64,000 bases of DNA from Candidatus Cloacimonadota bacterium (GCA_963676615.1 OY781092.1:512001-576000); one strand, 5' to 3'; shown: positions 38,600-49,264, numbered from the stretch's first letter. A program made the numbers and translations. Notes: generated from the letters alone by a model not told the origin.

Positions 38600-38654
38600 A
38601 TTGAAAAATGTAGAACTTTAGGAACGAAATCGTTTTATTGTAAGGAGGTCAATT

Positions 38655-39218
38655 ATTATTCGAATAAGAAAGGGTAAGGCCAAGCGCAAGCCCACTGTGT
38701 CCAAAGAGAGGATTAACAGCGAAATCAGAGTTGAACAAATTCGGCTGATCGACGAAGCTGGTGAGCAGGTTGGCGTTGTGTCGTTGTCCGAAGGTTTGAG
38801 CAAGGCACGAGCCGTAGATTTGGATCTGGTGGAGGTGTCGCCAAAAGCTAATCCGCCTGTTTGCAAAATTTTGGATTTCGGAAAATATCATTATCAAAAA
38901 GAGCGGTCTTTGCGAGAGTCCAGAAAAAAACAACACATAGTTTTGACCAAAGAGATTAAGTTTGGACCTCTAACAGACGAACACGACTATCAATTTAAGC
39001 TGAAAAACGCCATCAAGTTTTTGCAAGCCAAAGATAAGGTGCGTTTTACGGTGAGATTTAAGGGTCGCCAGCTTGCCAACAAACAGCTGGGTTTTGATTT
39101 GCTAGAAAAAATTAAACAAGATATGGGTGAGTATGCCAAAGTGGATCAGGCGCCTTCTAACGAGGGTCGAGTGGTTTATATGGTGATGTCGCCTTTATCG
39201 AAAAAGAATACTGAATAG
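38655..39218 (+). CDS. infC: translation initiation factor IF-3 (ATT start)
   Basis: [28 protein letters not shown] and RFKGRQ motifs; AAGGAGG at 38642-38648 followed by in-frame ATT codons. Confidence 0.95.
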   Translation: MIRIRKGKAKRKPTVSKERINSEIRVEQIRLIDEAGEQVGVVSLSEGLSKARAVDLDLVEVSPKANPPVCKILDFGKYHYQKERSLRESRKKQHIVLTKEIKFGPLTDEHDYQFKLKNAIKFLQAKDKVRFTVRFKGRQLANKQLGFDLLEKIKQDMGEYAKVDQAPSNEGRVVYMVMSPLSKKNTE

Positions 39219-39228
39219 GGAGTTTATT

Positions 39229-39420
39229 ATGCCTAAAATTAAGACTCGTAAGGGAGCGGTTAAGAGATTTAAGTTGACTGCCAAAGGAAAAGTGAAAAGA
39301 AATCAAGCCTTTGCCGGACACATTATGACCAAAAAAAGTCCCAAAAGAGAGAGAAATCTGAGAGGCTCTTGCCTTGTGAACAAGGCTGATGTGCCTAGAA
39401 TAAAGAGAATGCTGGGCTAA
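39229..39420 (+). CDS. rpmI: 50S ribosomal protein L35
   Basis: [15 protein letters not shown]; infC-rpmI-rplT order. Confidence 0.97.
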   Translation: MPKIKTRKGAVKRFKLTAKGKVKRNQAFAGHIMTKKSPKRERNLRGSCLVNKADVPRIKRMLG

Positions 39421-39430
39421 GGAGGATAAA

Positions 39431-39790
39431 ATGCCAAGAAGTACCAATAATGTAGCTGCCAAAAAGAGAAGAAAGAAAATTTTAGACTCCGCCAAAGGAT
39501 ATTTTGGAGGAAAGAGCAAGCTGTATCGCACCGCCAAATTGGCTGTGGAAAAAAGCGGATTATACGCTTATCGCGACAGGAAGGTTCGCAAAAGAGAGTT
39601 CAGAAAGTTGTGGATTGTGCGGATTAACGCTGCTGTGCGTGCCAACGGTCTTAGCTACAGTAAATTTATAAACGGTCTTGCCAAAAGCAACATCCAGCTA
39701 AACAGAAAGAGCCTTGCGTATCTTGCTATGAACGACAAACAAGCTTTCGACAAAATTTGTGAGCAAGTGAAATCCAGTCTAGCCAACTAA
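39431..39790 (+). CDS. rplT: 50S ribosomal protein L20
   Basis: [30 protein letters not shown] and LNRKSLA motifs. Confidence 0.98.
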   Translation: MPRSTNNVAAKKRRKKILDSAKGYFGGKSKLYRTAKLAVEKSGLYAYRDRKVRKREFRKLWIVRINAAVRANGLSYSKFINGLAKSNIQLNRKSLAYLAMNDKQAFDKICEQVKSSLAN

Positions 39791-39815
39791 CTTCAAATTA
39801 AATTAGGAAGGAATT

Positions 39816-40820
39816 ATGCAGGCGAAGTTGGAGCAAATTTATGACGAGCTGAAAAAAAAGCTGGAGAGCGCCAAAACCAGCCACGAGATTAACAACATCA
39901 AGTCCGCTTTTGTGGGCAAAAAAAGCCAAATTTCGTCGCTGCTTGTCCAGATGAAAGATTTGCCGAAAGAGCAAAGACCCGAGTTTGGCAAGTTGGTGAA
40001 TGTCGTCAAAAGCAAAATTTTGGCGAAGATAAAGGTGGCTTTGGAGGTTGTGGAATCAAGCCAAAAAGACGGCAAGTTGGATTTGACGATGCCCGCAAGA
40101 CGCAGTGTTTTGGGGCGTTTGCACCCTTTGACAATCGTCTCTCGGCAGATCGAGGATGTGTTTATCTCGATGGGTTTTGAGATTTCTTCGTATGGCGAAG
40201 TTGAGGACGAGTATCATAACTTTGACGCTCTGAACACGCCCGCAGATCACTCGTCGCGGAATATCACCGACACTTTTTACACCAAAGGCGGCAAGCTTTT
40301 GCGCTCGCAAACCTCGACGGAGCAGATAAGGGTGATGGAAAATTTCAAGCCCCCAATCAAGATTATTTCGCTGGGCAGATGTTATCGCAAAGACAGCCCC
40401 GACGCCTCGCACTCGCCAGTTTTTCATCAGGTAGAGGCGCTGGTCGTTAGCCAGCACACTTCGTTTACCGACCTAAAAGACACTTTGCAAATGTTTGCCG
40501 AAAAAATGTTCGGACAGGATGTGAACTCGCGTTTTCGCCCGCACTTTTTTCCGTTTACAGAGCCGAGCGGCGAAATCGATATTTCGTGTGTGGCTTGTGG
40601 TGGCAAGGGTTGCCCCGTTTGCAAAAACAGCGGCTGGCTGGAGATGGGTGGTTGCGGAATGGTCGATCCCAATGTTTTGGACAATGTCGGCATAGACTCG
40701 GAAAAATACACCGGGTTTGCCTTTGGTTTGGGCATCGACCGCATCACAATGCTCAAATATAAAATTCCAGATATCAGGATGCTTTTCGAAAACGATTTGG
40801 AATTTTTGCGCCAATTCTAG
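39816..40820 (+). CDS. pheS: phenylalanine--tRNA ligase alpha subunit
   Basis: HSPVFHQVE, RPHFFPFTEPS and GFAFGLGIDR motifs. Confidence 0.97.
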   Translation: MQAKLEQIYDELKKKLESAKTSHEINNIKSAFVGKKSQISSLLVQMKDLPKEQRPEFGKLVNVVKSKILAKIKVALEVVESSQKDGKLDLTMPARRSVLGRLHPLTIVSRQIEDVFISMGFEISSYGEVEDEYHNFDALNTPADHSSRNITDTFYTKGGKLLRSQTSTEQIRVMENFKPPIKIISLGRCYRKDSPDASHSPVFHQVEALVVSQHTSFTDLKDTLQMFAEKMFGQDVNSRFRPHFFPFTEPSGEIDISCVACGGKGCPVCKNSGWLEMGGCGMVDPNVLDNVGIDSEKYTGFAFGLGIDRITMLKYKIPDIRMLFENDLEFLRQF

Positions 40821-40866
40821 GGCGATTTTTTGGACAGAAACAGGAGCATTTTTTTAAGGAGAATAG

Positions 40867-43245
40867 ATGAAAATATCTTTGCAATGGCTAAAGCAGTTTG
40901 TAGATTTTGATTTGACGATAGACGATTTTACCGACAAAATAACTTTCGCTGGAATCGAGGTGGAAGAGATAATCGACTCTTTTGGCGCCATCAAAGATAT
41001 TGTTGTGGCAAAAGTGCTGAGCACTCAGCCGCATCCAAACGCCGACCGCTTGCGGCTTTGCACCGTGTTCGACGGCAAAAACGAGCATCAAGTGGTGTGC
41101 GGTGCGCCAAATTGCGCAGAGGGGCTAGTAACCGCTTTTGCGCCAGTCGGAGCCACTATTGGCGATTTCACCATCAAAAAGGCGAAGCTGCGAGGCGTGG
41201 AATCTTGCGGAATGTTTTGCAGCGGCAAAGAGCTTTTGCTCAGCAGCGATCACAGCGGAATTATGGAGTTGCCGCAAGACGCAACGCTCGGCGCTCCGCT
41301 AGCATCTCTTGGCTACGGCGATGTCGTTGTGGATGTGGAAATCACGCCCAATCGTCCAGATTTGTTGGGAATGATTGGCATTGCCAGAGATATAGCGGCG
41401 ATTTTGGGCAAGCCGTATAAACAGCCAAAGACCGATGATTTGGGACTAACTCCTGGAGATTTGCCTTGTGGGGTGAAGTTGATAAACAGCGCACCAGAAG
41501 CTTGTCCTCGTTTTACGCTCACGCAGATTGAGTCGGTGAGTGTGAGCAAATCGATGCCAGATTGGATGAGCAAAGCTCTGGACGCCAACGGAGTGAATAA
41601 AGTCAGCGATTTGGTTGGAGTGACCAACTATCTGCTTTTGGAGCAAGGACAGCCGATGCACGCTTACGATTTGGACAAAATCGAAGGTGGAATTGTCGAG
41701 GTGCGATTTGCGAGAAAAGGGGAAACGCTGGAGGCGCTCAACGGCAAAACCTACGAGCTTCGGGAATCGGATTTGGTGATTGCCGACAAAGTCAAAGTGC
41801 TTGGCATCGCGGGAGTTATCGGTGGAAAATCTTCGGCGGTGAGTTTGCAGACGAAAAATATTTTGCTCGAAGTTGCCAATTTTGCTTACCCTTTCGTCCA
41901 CAAAACTTCGCATTTTCATAAAATTTTTACCGACGCTTCGTATCGCTACGAACGAGGGTTGTCGCCAAAAGCTCTGGACAGAGTCATTCCACGGGCGAGC
42001 AAGATGATTGCCGATGTTGGCAAGGGAAAGTTGCAGACGGTTTATGCCGATTCTAATCCCAAAAGTGACGACGACAAAGTTGTGAGCGTTCGTTTGTCGA
42101 GGGTGAAGCGAGTGCTTAATGTGGAGATTGCCAAAGACAAAATTGTCGATTATCTAACGGCGCTGGATTTGGAACTGGTCGCTCAGGAAGCGGATTTGTT
42201 GAAGTTCAGAGTGCCGTATTTTCGGCAAGATCTCTACCGCGAAATCGATATTATCGAGGAGATAATTCGGTTGCACGGCTTTAATAATGTGCCGACTTGT
42301 GCGAGAAGGCAAGTTGTTGGTGATGCGCAGAAGCGAAAAATGAAGCGGAAAACCGAAGATTTTTTGGTGCTGCAAGGCTTTTTTCAGGCGTTGAACACCA
42401 GCTTTGTCAGCGCAGAGCAAACCAGCGGAATGGCGGACGATCAGCAGGCTGTGGAGCTTGTGAATCCTTTGGGCGCCGATATGGCGCTTTTGCGAAAAGA
42501 GCTGTTGCCGCAACTTCTGAAAAATCTAGAGTTTAACCTCAATAAAGGTCAAGATGCGGTAAAACTTTTTGAGCTGAACAAAGTTTATTTTGCTCGCACG
42601 GACGGTTTTGCCAAAGAACCGTTGCAGCTAGCGGCTGTAGCTTGTGGGAAAGCTAGCAATTTGCATTGGTCGGAGACTGGGCGAGATTACGACATTTTTG
42701 ATTTGAAGGGCGTTGTTGAAGATTATCTGGCGATTTTGGGGATAGAAGATTACGAGTTTGTTGTATCGCAAAAGCAGGTTTTATTTGATGCTGAGTGCTG
42801 TTTGCAGCTATGTGTCGCTGGGCAGGAAGTGGCGATTTTGGGCAGAGTGGACAGAGCTATTGCCAAAAAATTTGGGGTTAAGAAAGAGGTTTTTGCGCTT
42901 GTGTTGGATTTTGAAAAAGTTCTTGCGCTTTTGCCAAATCAGGAGTTTGAGTTTGTTTTGCCGCAAAAGTTCCCAAGCGTGAAAAGGGATTTGTCGCTGA
43001 TAGTGGATAAAAATATTAGCTATCAAAATCTCAAAAAAAAGATGGAAGGCAGCTCGAAATTTTTGCAAAAAGTGGCGCTTTACGACGAATATACTGGCAA
43101 GGGAATTGAGGGAGATAAGAGGAGTTTGACTTTCGCTTTGGATTTTTTTTCAAGCGAAAAAACCTTGACCGATGATATGGTTGGACGAGAATTTGACAAG
43201 ATAGTGACTGCGGTGCAAAGTGAGTTTGGTGCAAAGCTCAGATGA
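40867..43245 (+). CDS. pheT: phenylalanine--tRNA ligase beta subunit
   Basis: HPNADRL, VVCGAPN, ITPNRPD, GQPMHAYD and FDX-ACB KFPSVKRDLS motifs. Confidence 0.97.
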   Translation: MKISLQWLKQFVDFDLTIDDFTDKITFAGIEVEEIIDSFGAIKDIVVAKVLSTQPHPNADRLRLCTVFDGKNEHQVVCGAPNCAEGLVTAFAPVGATIGDFTIKKAKLRGVESCGMFCSGKELLLSSDHSGIMELPQDATLGAPLASLGYGDVVVDVEITPNRPDLLGMIGIARDIAAILGKPYKQPKTDDLGLTPGDLPCGVKLINSAPEACPRFTLTQIESVSVSKSMPDWMSKALDANGVNKVSDLVGVTNYLLLEQGQPMHAYDLDKIEGGIVEVRFARKGETLEALNGKTYELRESDLVIADKVKVLGIAGVIGGKSSAVSLQTKNILLEVANFAYPFVHKTSHFHKIFTDASYRYERGLSPKALDRVIPRASKMIADVGKGKLQTVYADSNPKSDDDKVVSVRLSRVKRVLNVEIAKDKIVDYLTALDLELVAQEADLLKFRVPYFRQDLYREIDIIEEIIRLHGFNNVPTCARRQVVGDAQKRKMKRKTEDFLVLQGFFQALNTSFVSAEQTSGMADDQQAVELVNPLGADMALLRKELLPQLLKNLEFNLNKGQDAVKLFELNKVYFARTDGFAKEPLQLAAVACGKASNLHWSETGRDYDIFDLKGVVEDYLAILGIEDYEFVVSQKQVLFDAECCLQLCVAGQEVAILGRVDRAIAKKFGVKKEVFALVLDFEKVLALLPNQEFEFVLPQKFPSVKRDLSLIVDKNISYQNLKKKMEGSSKFLQKVALYDEYTGKGIEGDKRSLTFALDFFSSEKTLTDDMVGREFDKIVTAVQSEFGAKLR

Positions 43246-43472
43246 GTAAATTGTCGAAAATTGAAGAGAAAATAAACAGGCTAATAGATAAATGTAGGAG
43301 ACTGGAGGCAGAGCTGGATCAAGGTGTGTTTGATTTTAGCAAAGTGACGGTCGATAGACGGATGGAAGACGAGCTGGCGATTTTAAAGAAAGAGCTGGCG
43401 AAAAAAGATGATAAGCTAAGGCGAGTTTCCGCGAGGATGGAAAAATTACAAAGCCTAGTGAAGAGCTTGTGA
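43242..43472 (+). CDS. coiled-coil protein, ZapB-like
   Basis: 76-aa heptad-rich protein between pheT and zapA, the usual position for zapB. Confidence 0.6.
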   Translation: MSKLSKIEEKINRLIDKCRRLEAELDQGVFDFSKVTVDRRMEDELAILKKELAKKDDKLRRVSARMEKLQSLVKSL

Positions 43473-43476
43473 CATT

Positions 43477-43734
43477 ATGACAAATAAAGTTCCAGTTCAA
43501 GTTACGATTTTTGGTCTTCCATACGAGTTTCATATAGAAGCTGAGAACAGAGAAAAAATTATTGATTGTGCTGAGCGATTGAATAAATTGATTGGGCAAA
43601 AAAAAAGCAAGTATGGAGACGGTGTGTCTCAGGTAAAGCTTTTGACGGTGATTTGCCTGGATCTTTTGGTAGAGCAGATGGACAACAACGATGTGCTCGG
43701 CAGAATTGAAAATATGTTGGATAAAAGCCTGTAA
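43477..43734 (+). CDS. zapA: cell division protein ZapA
   Basis: VQVTIFGLPY N-terminus; pheT-zapB-zapA-6S-rny synteny. Confidence 0.75.
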   Translation: MTNKVPVQVTIFGLPYEFHIEAENREKIIDCAERLNKLIGQKKSKYGDGVSQVKLLTVICLDLLVEQMDNNDVLGRIENMLDKSL

Positions 43735-43904
43735 TATTGGTGATAGACGACTAGTTATATCATTTGAACTAGTTATAATAAGGGATGTAAGCTCCTGCTT
43801 TTGGCTCGTGCCGAGATTATACTCGGATTTGCGAAGTAGTGTTTAGATGAATATCCCACCTTGAATTTAAGTTCAAGATAAGTCGTGCTACACGGTATTA
43901 TGGG
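43728..43904 (+). ncRNA. ssrS: 6S RNA
   Basis: ~177-nt rod with CCTGTAATA/TATTATGGG, ACGACT/AGTCGT, TTGAAC/GTTCAA and GGGATGT/ATATCCC pairings around a central bubble; located between zapA and rny. Confidence 0.85.
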
Positions 43905-43925
43905 TTTTTTTAATTTTAAGGAGAA

Positions 43926-45473
43926 ATGATGTTACAAACATTGAATTATAGTTTTATTGGAGCTGGATTTTTGGTGCTCGCTTTGGCTTATTTTTTGAAG
44001 GTTCGACTCTCGGGAGATTATAAAAAAGCGCAAAAAACGATTAGGGACGCTCAAAGAAAAGCGGACAGCTTGATTAGTCAGAAGATGAAAGAGGCTGAGA
44101 GTTCTTTGGCGAAAAAAGAGAAAGGGCGTTTGCGGAAGCTCTCTAGCAGAGAAGAGGAGCTCAGAAAACAGGAAAACGCTTATAACAAAAGAATTAGCAA
44201 GTTGGATGCTCGGCTCGAGGCGCTGGACAAAAAAGAGGAAAAAATCAAAGTTTTGGATGGCAACTTGCAAGAAAAAGAGAAAGCTGTTGAGGAAAAATCG
44301 GCGAAAGTTGACGAAATTATCTCGGCGCAAAACGAGAAGTTGTCGCAAATTGCTGGATATTCCAAAGAAGAGGCGCTGGATGTGCTGATGAACAATTTGT
44401 TGGAAAAAGCTCGTGAAGGTGTGGCTCGCAAAATCAACGACATCGAGCAAGAGGTGAAAGACAACGCCAAGGAGCGCTCTGCCAAGATTTTGGCGGAAAC
44501 AGTGCAAAAGCTGGCTGTCGATTATGCGTCGGATTCTGTGGTGAGTGTGATAAATCTGCCGTCGGACGAGATGAAGGGCAGAGTCATTGGGCGTGAAGGC
44601 CGCAACATAAGGACTTTTGAGAAAGAGACAGGCGTCGATGTGATTGTGGACGATACGCCGGGCGCTATCGTTTTGTCGTGTTTTTCTGCTGTCAGAAGGG
44701 AGATCGCCTCGCACGCAATGCACAAGCTTATCGAAGACGGTCGGATTCACCCAGCCAGAATCGAGGAAGTGGTGCGAAAATCTACTGCTGAAATCGAGCG
44801 TCGTATCGAGAATTACGGTAAAAAGGCGTGCTTGAAAATGAATGTGGGCAATATTCCAAAAAATATCGTTAACCTAATCGGGCGTTTGCATTATCGGACG
44901 AGTTATGGGCAAAATGTGCTAAAGCACAGTATGGAAGCTGGCTGGATCGCAGGGATGATCGCCGCAGAGCTGGGGCTGAACCAAAGACTCGCCCGAAGAG
45001 CTGGATTTTTGCACGATATTGGCAAAGCTATCGATCACGAGGTGGAAGGAACGCACGCAATTATCGGGGCGAATTTTGCCAAAAAGAACGGCGAAAATCA
45101 GGTGATTGTGGATGCAATCCGAGCTCACCATGAAGAGGTGGAATCGACGAATGTTTACTGCCCGATTGTGCAAGCGGCGGACGCAATTTCTGGTGCTAGA
45201 CCTGGCGCTAGGCGAGAGGTGTTGGAGTCGTATGTGGAGCGGCTGGACAAGCTGGAGGAGATTGCAGGGTCGATCGACGGCGTTAAGCAAACTTTTGCTG
45301 TGCAAGCTGGACGAGAACTGCGGGTGATTGTAAATCCAGAGAAAATCAAAGAGGATAATTGTGCCTTTTTGGTGGAAGACATTGTCGGCAAAATCGAGTC
45401 TGAGATGCAATATCCAGGGCAGATAAAAGTGACTGTTATCAGAGAAAATAGGATGTCAGGCATCGCCAAATAA
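43926..45473 (+). CDS. rny: ribonuclease Y
   Basis: N-terminal TM and coiled coil, KH domain KGRVIGREGRNIR, HD domain LHDIGKA and QAADAISGARPGAR. Confidence 0.97.
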   Translation: MMLQTLNYSFIGAGFLVLALAYFLKVRLSGDYKKAQKTIRDAQRKADSLISQKMKEAESSLAKKEKGRLRKLSSREEELRKQENAYNKRISKLDARLEALDKKEEKIKVLDGNLQEKEKAVEEKSAKVDEIISAQNEKLSQIAGYSKEEALDVLMNNLLEKAREGVARKINDIEQEVKDNAKERSAKILAETVQKLAVDYASDSVVSVINLPSDEMKGRVIGREGRNIRTFEKETGVDVIVDDTPGAIVLSCFSAVRREIASHAMHKLIEDGRIHPARIEEVVRKSTAEIERRIENYGKKACLKMNVGNIPKNIVNLIGRLHYRTSYGQNVLKHSMEAGWIAGMIAAELGLNQRLARRAGFLHDIGKAIDHEVEGTHAIIGANFAKKNGENQVIVDAIRAHHEEVESTNVYCPIVQAADAISGARPGARREVLESYVERLDKLEEIAGSIDGVKQTFAVQAGRELRVIVNPEKIKEDNCAFLVEDIVGKIESEMQYPGQIKVTVIRENRMSGIAK

Positions 45474-46288
45474 TGAAAATCCTTTTTCTTGGCGATATCT
45501 ATGGACACCCCGGCAGATACTTGATACAAGAGCATTTGCAGAGGTTGCGGCAGGAGTTTGAGGTCGATTTGTGCATCGCTAATTGTGAAAATCTGAATCA
45601 CGGTCGTGGAGTGAGCCAGAACTCGATTTTGCAGATGAAAAATGCGGGCGTGGATGTTTTTACTTCGGGAAATCACCTTTGGGATAATCGCCAAAGTTTG
45701 GACTTTATCGCATCTTGTCGCGAGATTTTGAAGCCAGCTAATGTCCAAGAATCGGCGCTGGGCAGCGATTTTTATCGATTTCAGACGCAAGACGGTAAAC
45801 GATGCGCGGTGGTGTGCCTTATCGGGCAAACTTTTATGCCAGCGGCGAACTTCCCAATTACCGTTTTAGAGGAGATTTTGGAAAACGATTTGGCGGACGA
45901 AGAGAACATTTTTGTCGATTTTCACGCGGAAGCCACAGGCGAAAAACGGGTGATGTCCTTATATTTTGACGGCAAGATTTCGTGCCTTGTGGGGACACAC
46001 ACCCATGTGCAGACTGCCGACGAGCAAATTTTGCCGCATGGTTGTGGATTTATCAGCGATGTGGGAATGTGCGGCGGGCACTATTCGGGAATAGGCGTCA
46101 AAAAAGAGATTGTGCTCAAAAAGAACATCAGCGGAATGCCCGAGCGGTATCATCCCTCGTGGGAAGGACTTGAGATAAACGCTCTTTTTGTCGAGCTAGA
46201 AAAAGGCAAAACGGTTAAAATTCAGAGAATAAAAAGGGGATATGAGCAAGCTAAAAGTAGTCCCGCTTTTGCGACAATTAAAGGCTGA
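45473..46288 (+). CDS. ymdB: YmdB/TIGR00282 metallophosphoesterase
   Basis: ILFLGDIYG, NCEN, TSGNH, DFHAEATGEK, GTHTHVQT and DVGMCG motifs; follows rny. Confidence 0.92.
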   Translation: MKILFLGDIYGHPGRYLIQEHLQRLRQEFEVDLCIANCENLNHGRGVSQNSILQMKNAGVDVFTSGNHLWDNRQSLDFIASCREILKPANVQESALGSDFYRFQTQDGKRCAVVCLIGQTFMPAANFPITVLEEILENDLADEENIFVDFHAEATGEKRVMSLYFDGKISCLVGTHTHVQTADEQILPHGCGFISDVGMCGGHYSGIGVKKEIVLKKNISGMPERYHPSWEGLEINALFVELEKGKTVKIQRIKRGYEQAKSSPAFATIKG

Positions 46289-47093
46289 AATTAAGGCAGA
46301 AGTCGAAAGTTGTCAAAAGAGACCGACCTTGATGGTTGTTGTGGTTGGAGACGATCCGGCCTCTTTTATTTATGTGAAAAATATCCAAAAAAAAGCTCAG
46401 CAGTTGGGAATAGTTTGCAAAATTGAGAGTTTTTCGGCGACTGTGGGGCAGACAGAGTTGGAGCAAAAGCTGAAAATTTTGGCGAACTGCGAGGATGTTG
46501 ACGGGATTATGATTCAACGGCCTTTGCCTGCTGGTTTGGATTTGGACGCGCTTTTGCAGATTGTGCCTGCTGGCAAAGACGCCGAAGGTGTCGTGGACGA
46601 AAATTTGGGCAAAATTCTTTCGGGAGGAGAAGCTCCTGCGCCTTGCACGGCTTTGGCTGTTTTTGAGCTGATTAAAAAGCATAATCTTTTGCAATTCGGC
46701 AAAAAAGTGGTGATAATGGGCATTTCAACTTTGGTCGGCAAGCCGCTGCTGAACTGGCTTGCGTATTACGGCGGAGTGCAGATTTCGATGGTGGACATCA
46801 ACACGCCAAATCCCAAAAGTTATACGCGGCAAGCCGATTTGCTCGTGGTGGCTATCGGTTGTCCGCAAGAGATAAAAGCCGACTATCTCAAGCCGGGAGC
46901 GGTGGTGATCGATGTGGGAATAAACCAAATCGAGGTTGATGGCGAAGAAATTGTGGTCGGCGATGTCGATTTTGAAGATTGCAAATCTGTGGCGAAATCT
47001 ATCAGCGTTGTGCCTGGGGGAGTCGGTCGCATCACTACTTATTGCATTTTTAAAAATTTGCTATTTTTGTGCAAATCTAGCTGCGGCGAATAG
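46242..47093 (+). CDS. folD: methylenetetrahydrofolate dehydrogenase/cyclohydrolase
   Basis: VGDDPAS..YV, GIMIQRPLP, PCTA, VGKPL, IDVGIN and VPGGVG motifs. Confidence 0.93.
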   Translation: MSKLKVVPLLRQLKAEIKAEVESCQKRPTLMVVVVGDDPASFIYVKNIQKKAQQLGIVCKIESFSATVGQTELEQKLKILANCEDVDGIMIQRPLPAGLDLDALLQIVPAGKDAEGVVDENLGKILSGGEAPAPCTALAVFELIKKHNLLQFGKKVVIMGISTLVGKPLLNWLAYYGGVQISMVDINTPNPKSYTRQADLLVVAIGCPQEIKADYLKPGAVVIDVGINQIEVDGEEIVVGDVDFEDCKSVAKSISVVPGGVGRITTYCIFKNLLFLCKSSCGE

Positions 47094-47115
47094 GTTTTCT
47101 TAAAAGAAGGAAAAA

Positions 47116-48453
47116 ATGGAGCACAATAAAGTTCTGGGCGACAAAAATATCAATCGAGCGCTTTTGAATATGTCTTTGCCAGCCATCGTCGGGATGAGCG
47201 TTGTGGCGACATACAGCCTTGTTGACACCGTTTTTGTCGGACATTGCGTGGGTCCGATGGGCATTGCGGGAATTTTTATTGGTTTTCCTTTCCAAATTTT
47301 TATTATGTCGGTGGCGATGATGCTTGGCGTTGGTGGTGGCTCGATAATCTCGCGGGCGTTGGGCGAAGGCAGAGTCAGGCGCGCCTATTCCACCTTGAGC
47401 ACAGTCGTTTTCGGCACCCTTGCCATAGGCGTGATTATCACGCTTGTTTGCCTTGTTGGTTTGCCGTTTTTTTTGCGACTTTCTGGCGCAGACGGGCTGG
47501 TTTACAGCTACGCCAAGCGGTATTTGGTCGTGATGATTTTGGGCACCGTTTTTTTTATGGGAGCGCTGGTTGCCAACTCGCTTTTGCGTGCCGAAGGACG
47601 CAGTAACGCGGCGATGTGGATTTTGGTTTTGGGCGGAGGCTTGAACATCGTTTTGGACTTTTTCACGATTTATCTATTCAATATGGGAACTTTTGGAGCC
47701 GCTCTTGCGACGGTGCTAGCTCAAATTGTGGCAAGCGTTTATGTCGTTTTTCACTTTTCTAAACACGCCAGCAGAGTCCATTTTGAAAAGTTAATATTTG
47801 ACTGGCGAATATTCAAACAGACGCTGATTTTGGGATTTTCGTCGTTCATAAATCAAGTCAGTTCGGCAATTTTGATTGTCGTCCTCAACAATCGTCTGTC
47901 CACATACGGAGGCGGAGTCGCTATCGGAATTTTCAGCATTTATCACAGAATGGCGATGCTTATCTGTATGCCTGTCTATGGTTTAGCGCAAGGGATGCAA
48001 CCGATAGCCGGCTACCATTTTGGCTCGAAAACTTTCGACAAAGTCAAAGAGGTGTTCCACAAAGCGACCTTTTGGGCGACGCTGGTCACCACGCTTGGAT
48101 TTGTGGTGATGTGCTTTTTTCCGTCGTTTGTAATCGGCGCTTTTACCTCCAGCGTAAAAATTCTTCCCGAAGGAAAAACCGCTTTGGTCATTTTGAGCCT
48201 AGCCTACCCGCTGGTCGGCTTTCAGATGATTGGCTCAATGGGCTTTATGGCCATCGGCAAATACCGTCCAGCCTTGATACTCAACACTCTCCGCCAGCTG
48301 ATTTTTCTCATCCCGTTCGTTTACATCTTGTCGCCATTTTTGGGAATTATGGGAATTTGGGTGTCGTTCCCGCTCTCCGACTTTTTGGCGTTCGTGGTCA
48401 CCCTGATTTTGTATCATCGCTACATTCGCCAAGTCGAAAAAGAGTATAAATGA
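47116..48453 (+). CDS. MATE family efflux transporter
   Basis: 12-TM pattern; VDTVFVG, LRAEG, LNIVLD and QGMQPIAGY motifs. Confidence 0.92.
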   Translation: MEHNKVLGDKNINRALLNMSLPAIVGMSVVATYSLVDTVFVGHCVGPMGIAGIFIGFPFQIFIMSVAMMLGVGGGSIISRALGEGRVRRAYSTLSTVVFGTLAIGVIITLVCLVGLPFFLRLSGADGLVYSYAKRYLVVMILGTVFFMGALVANSLLRAEGRSNAAMWILVLGGGLNIVLDFFTIYLFNMGTFGAALATVLAQIVASVYVVFHFSKHASRVHFEKLIFDWRIFKQTLILGFSSFINQVSSAILIVVLNNRLSTYGGGVAIGIFSIYHRMAMLICMPVYGLAQGMQPIAGYHFGSKTFDKVKEVFHKATFWATLVTTLGFVVMCFFPSFVIGAFTSSVKILPEGKTALVILSLAYPLVGFQMIGSMGFMAIGKYRPALILNTLRQLIFLIPFVYILSPFLGIMGIWVSFPLSDFLAFVVTLILYHRYIRQVEKEYK

Positions 48454-49181
48454 GAGCTTATTTCATATCCGACACGCATTTGAAGCCTGTTCCCAAAACA
48501 GCCGAAGACGCCGCTCGTCAAAAAAAAGTTGTGCAATTTTTGGAAAAAATCACAGGCAAAGCCGATATTTTGGTAATCGCTGGCGATTTTTTTGACCTAT
48601 GGTTCGACTGGAAAAATATCGTCCTCTCACAATTTTTCCCCGTCTATTGCGCTCTGCGAGATTTGCGAAAAGGCGGCTGTCAGATAAAAATAGTCGCCGG
48701 CAATCACGACTTCTACTTTCGTTATTTTTTGCAAAATCAGCTGGGAATAGAGGTGCACAAAGCCGAAATCAGCCTGCAAATCGACAATCGCAAAATCTTC
48801 GTCACTCACGGCGATAGCCACGGCAAAAATGACTTTCGCTACAAATTTTACAAACTCTTAATTCGCTCAAAAATATTTGAGCTGTTTTTTGGAACAATTC
48901 CGCCCGCTCTGAGCATCCAAATCGGCTCATTTGCTTCCCGAAGCTCTCGCTTTCGCAAAGTTGACCCAAAAAAACTCGCTCGCAAAGAGGAACAGCTGCT
49001 ACAATTTGCGAAGAAAAAAATTGCCGAAGACGGCTACGACATCGTTGTAATGGGACACACGCACAATCCGCTCTTGCAAAAAATTAGTGGCGGAATTTAC
49101 GCAAACTGCGGCGATTGGCTGACTCACGACTCTTACCTAGAGCTTTGCGATGGCGAGCTGAAGCTAAAAATTCCCCAATAA
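48450..49181 (+). CDS. lpxH: UDP-2,3-diacylglucosamine diphosphatase (LpxH-like metallophosphoesterase)
   Basis: FISDTHL, GDFFDLW, GNHDF, THGD, MGHTH and NCGDW motifs. Confidence 0.8.
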   Translation: MRAYFISDTHLKPVPKTAEDAARQKKVVQFLEKITGKADILVIAGDFFDLWFDWKNIVLSQFFPVYCALRDLRKGGCQIKIVAGNHDFYFRYFLQNQLGIEVHKAEISLQIDNRKIFVTHGDSHGKNDFRYKFYKLLIRSKIFELFFGTIPPALSIQIGSFASRSSRFRKVDPKKLARKEEQLLQFAKKKIAEDGYDIVVMGHTHNPLLQKISGGIYANCGDWLTHDSYLELCDGELKLKIPQ

Positions 49182-49264
49182 TTTTTTTTCAATTTCTTAA
49201 TTTATCAAAAAGCAGTCTAAAAAGCTTGTGGTAGTTCATTATTATAAAATAAATAAAAATAAGG

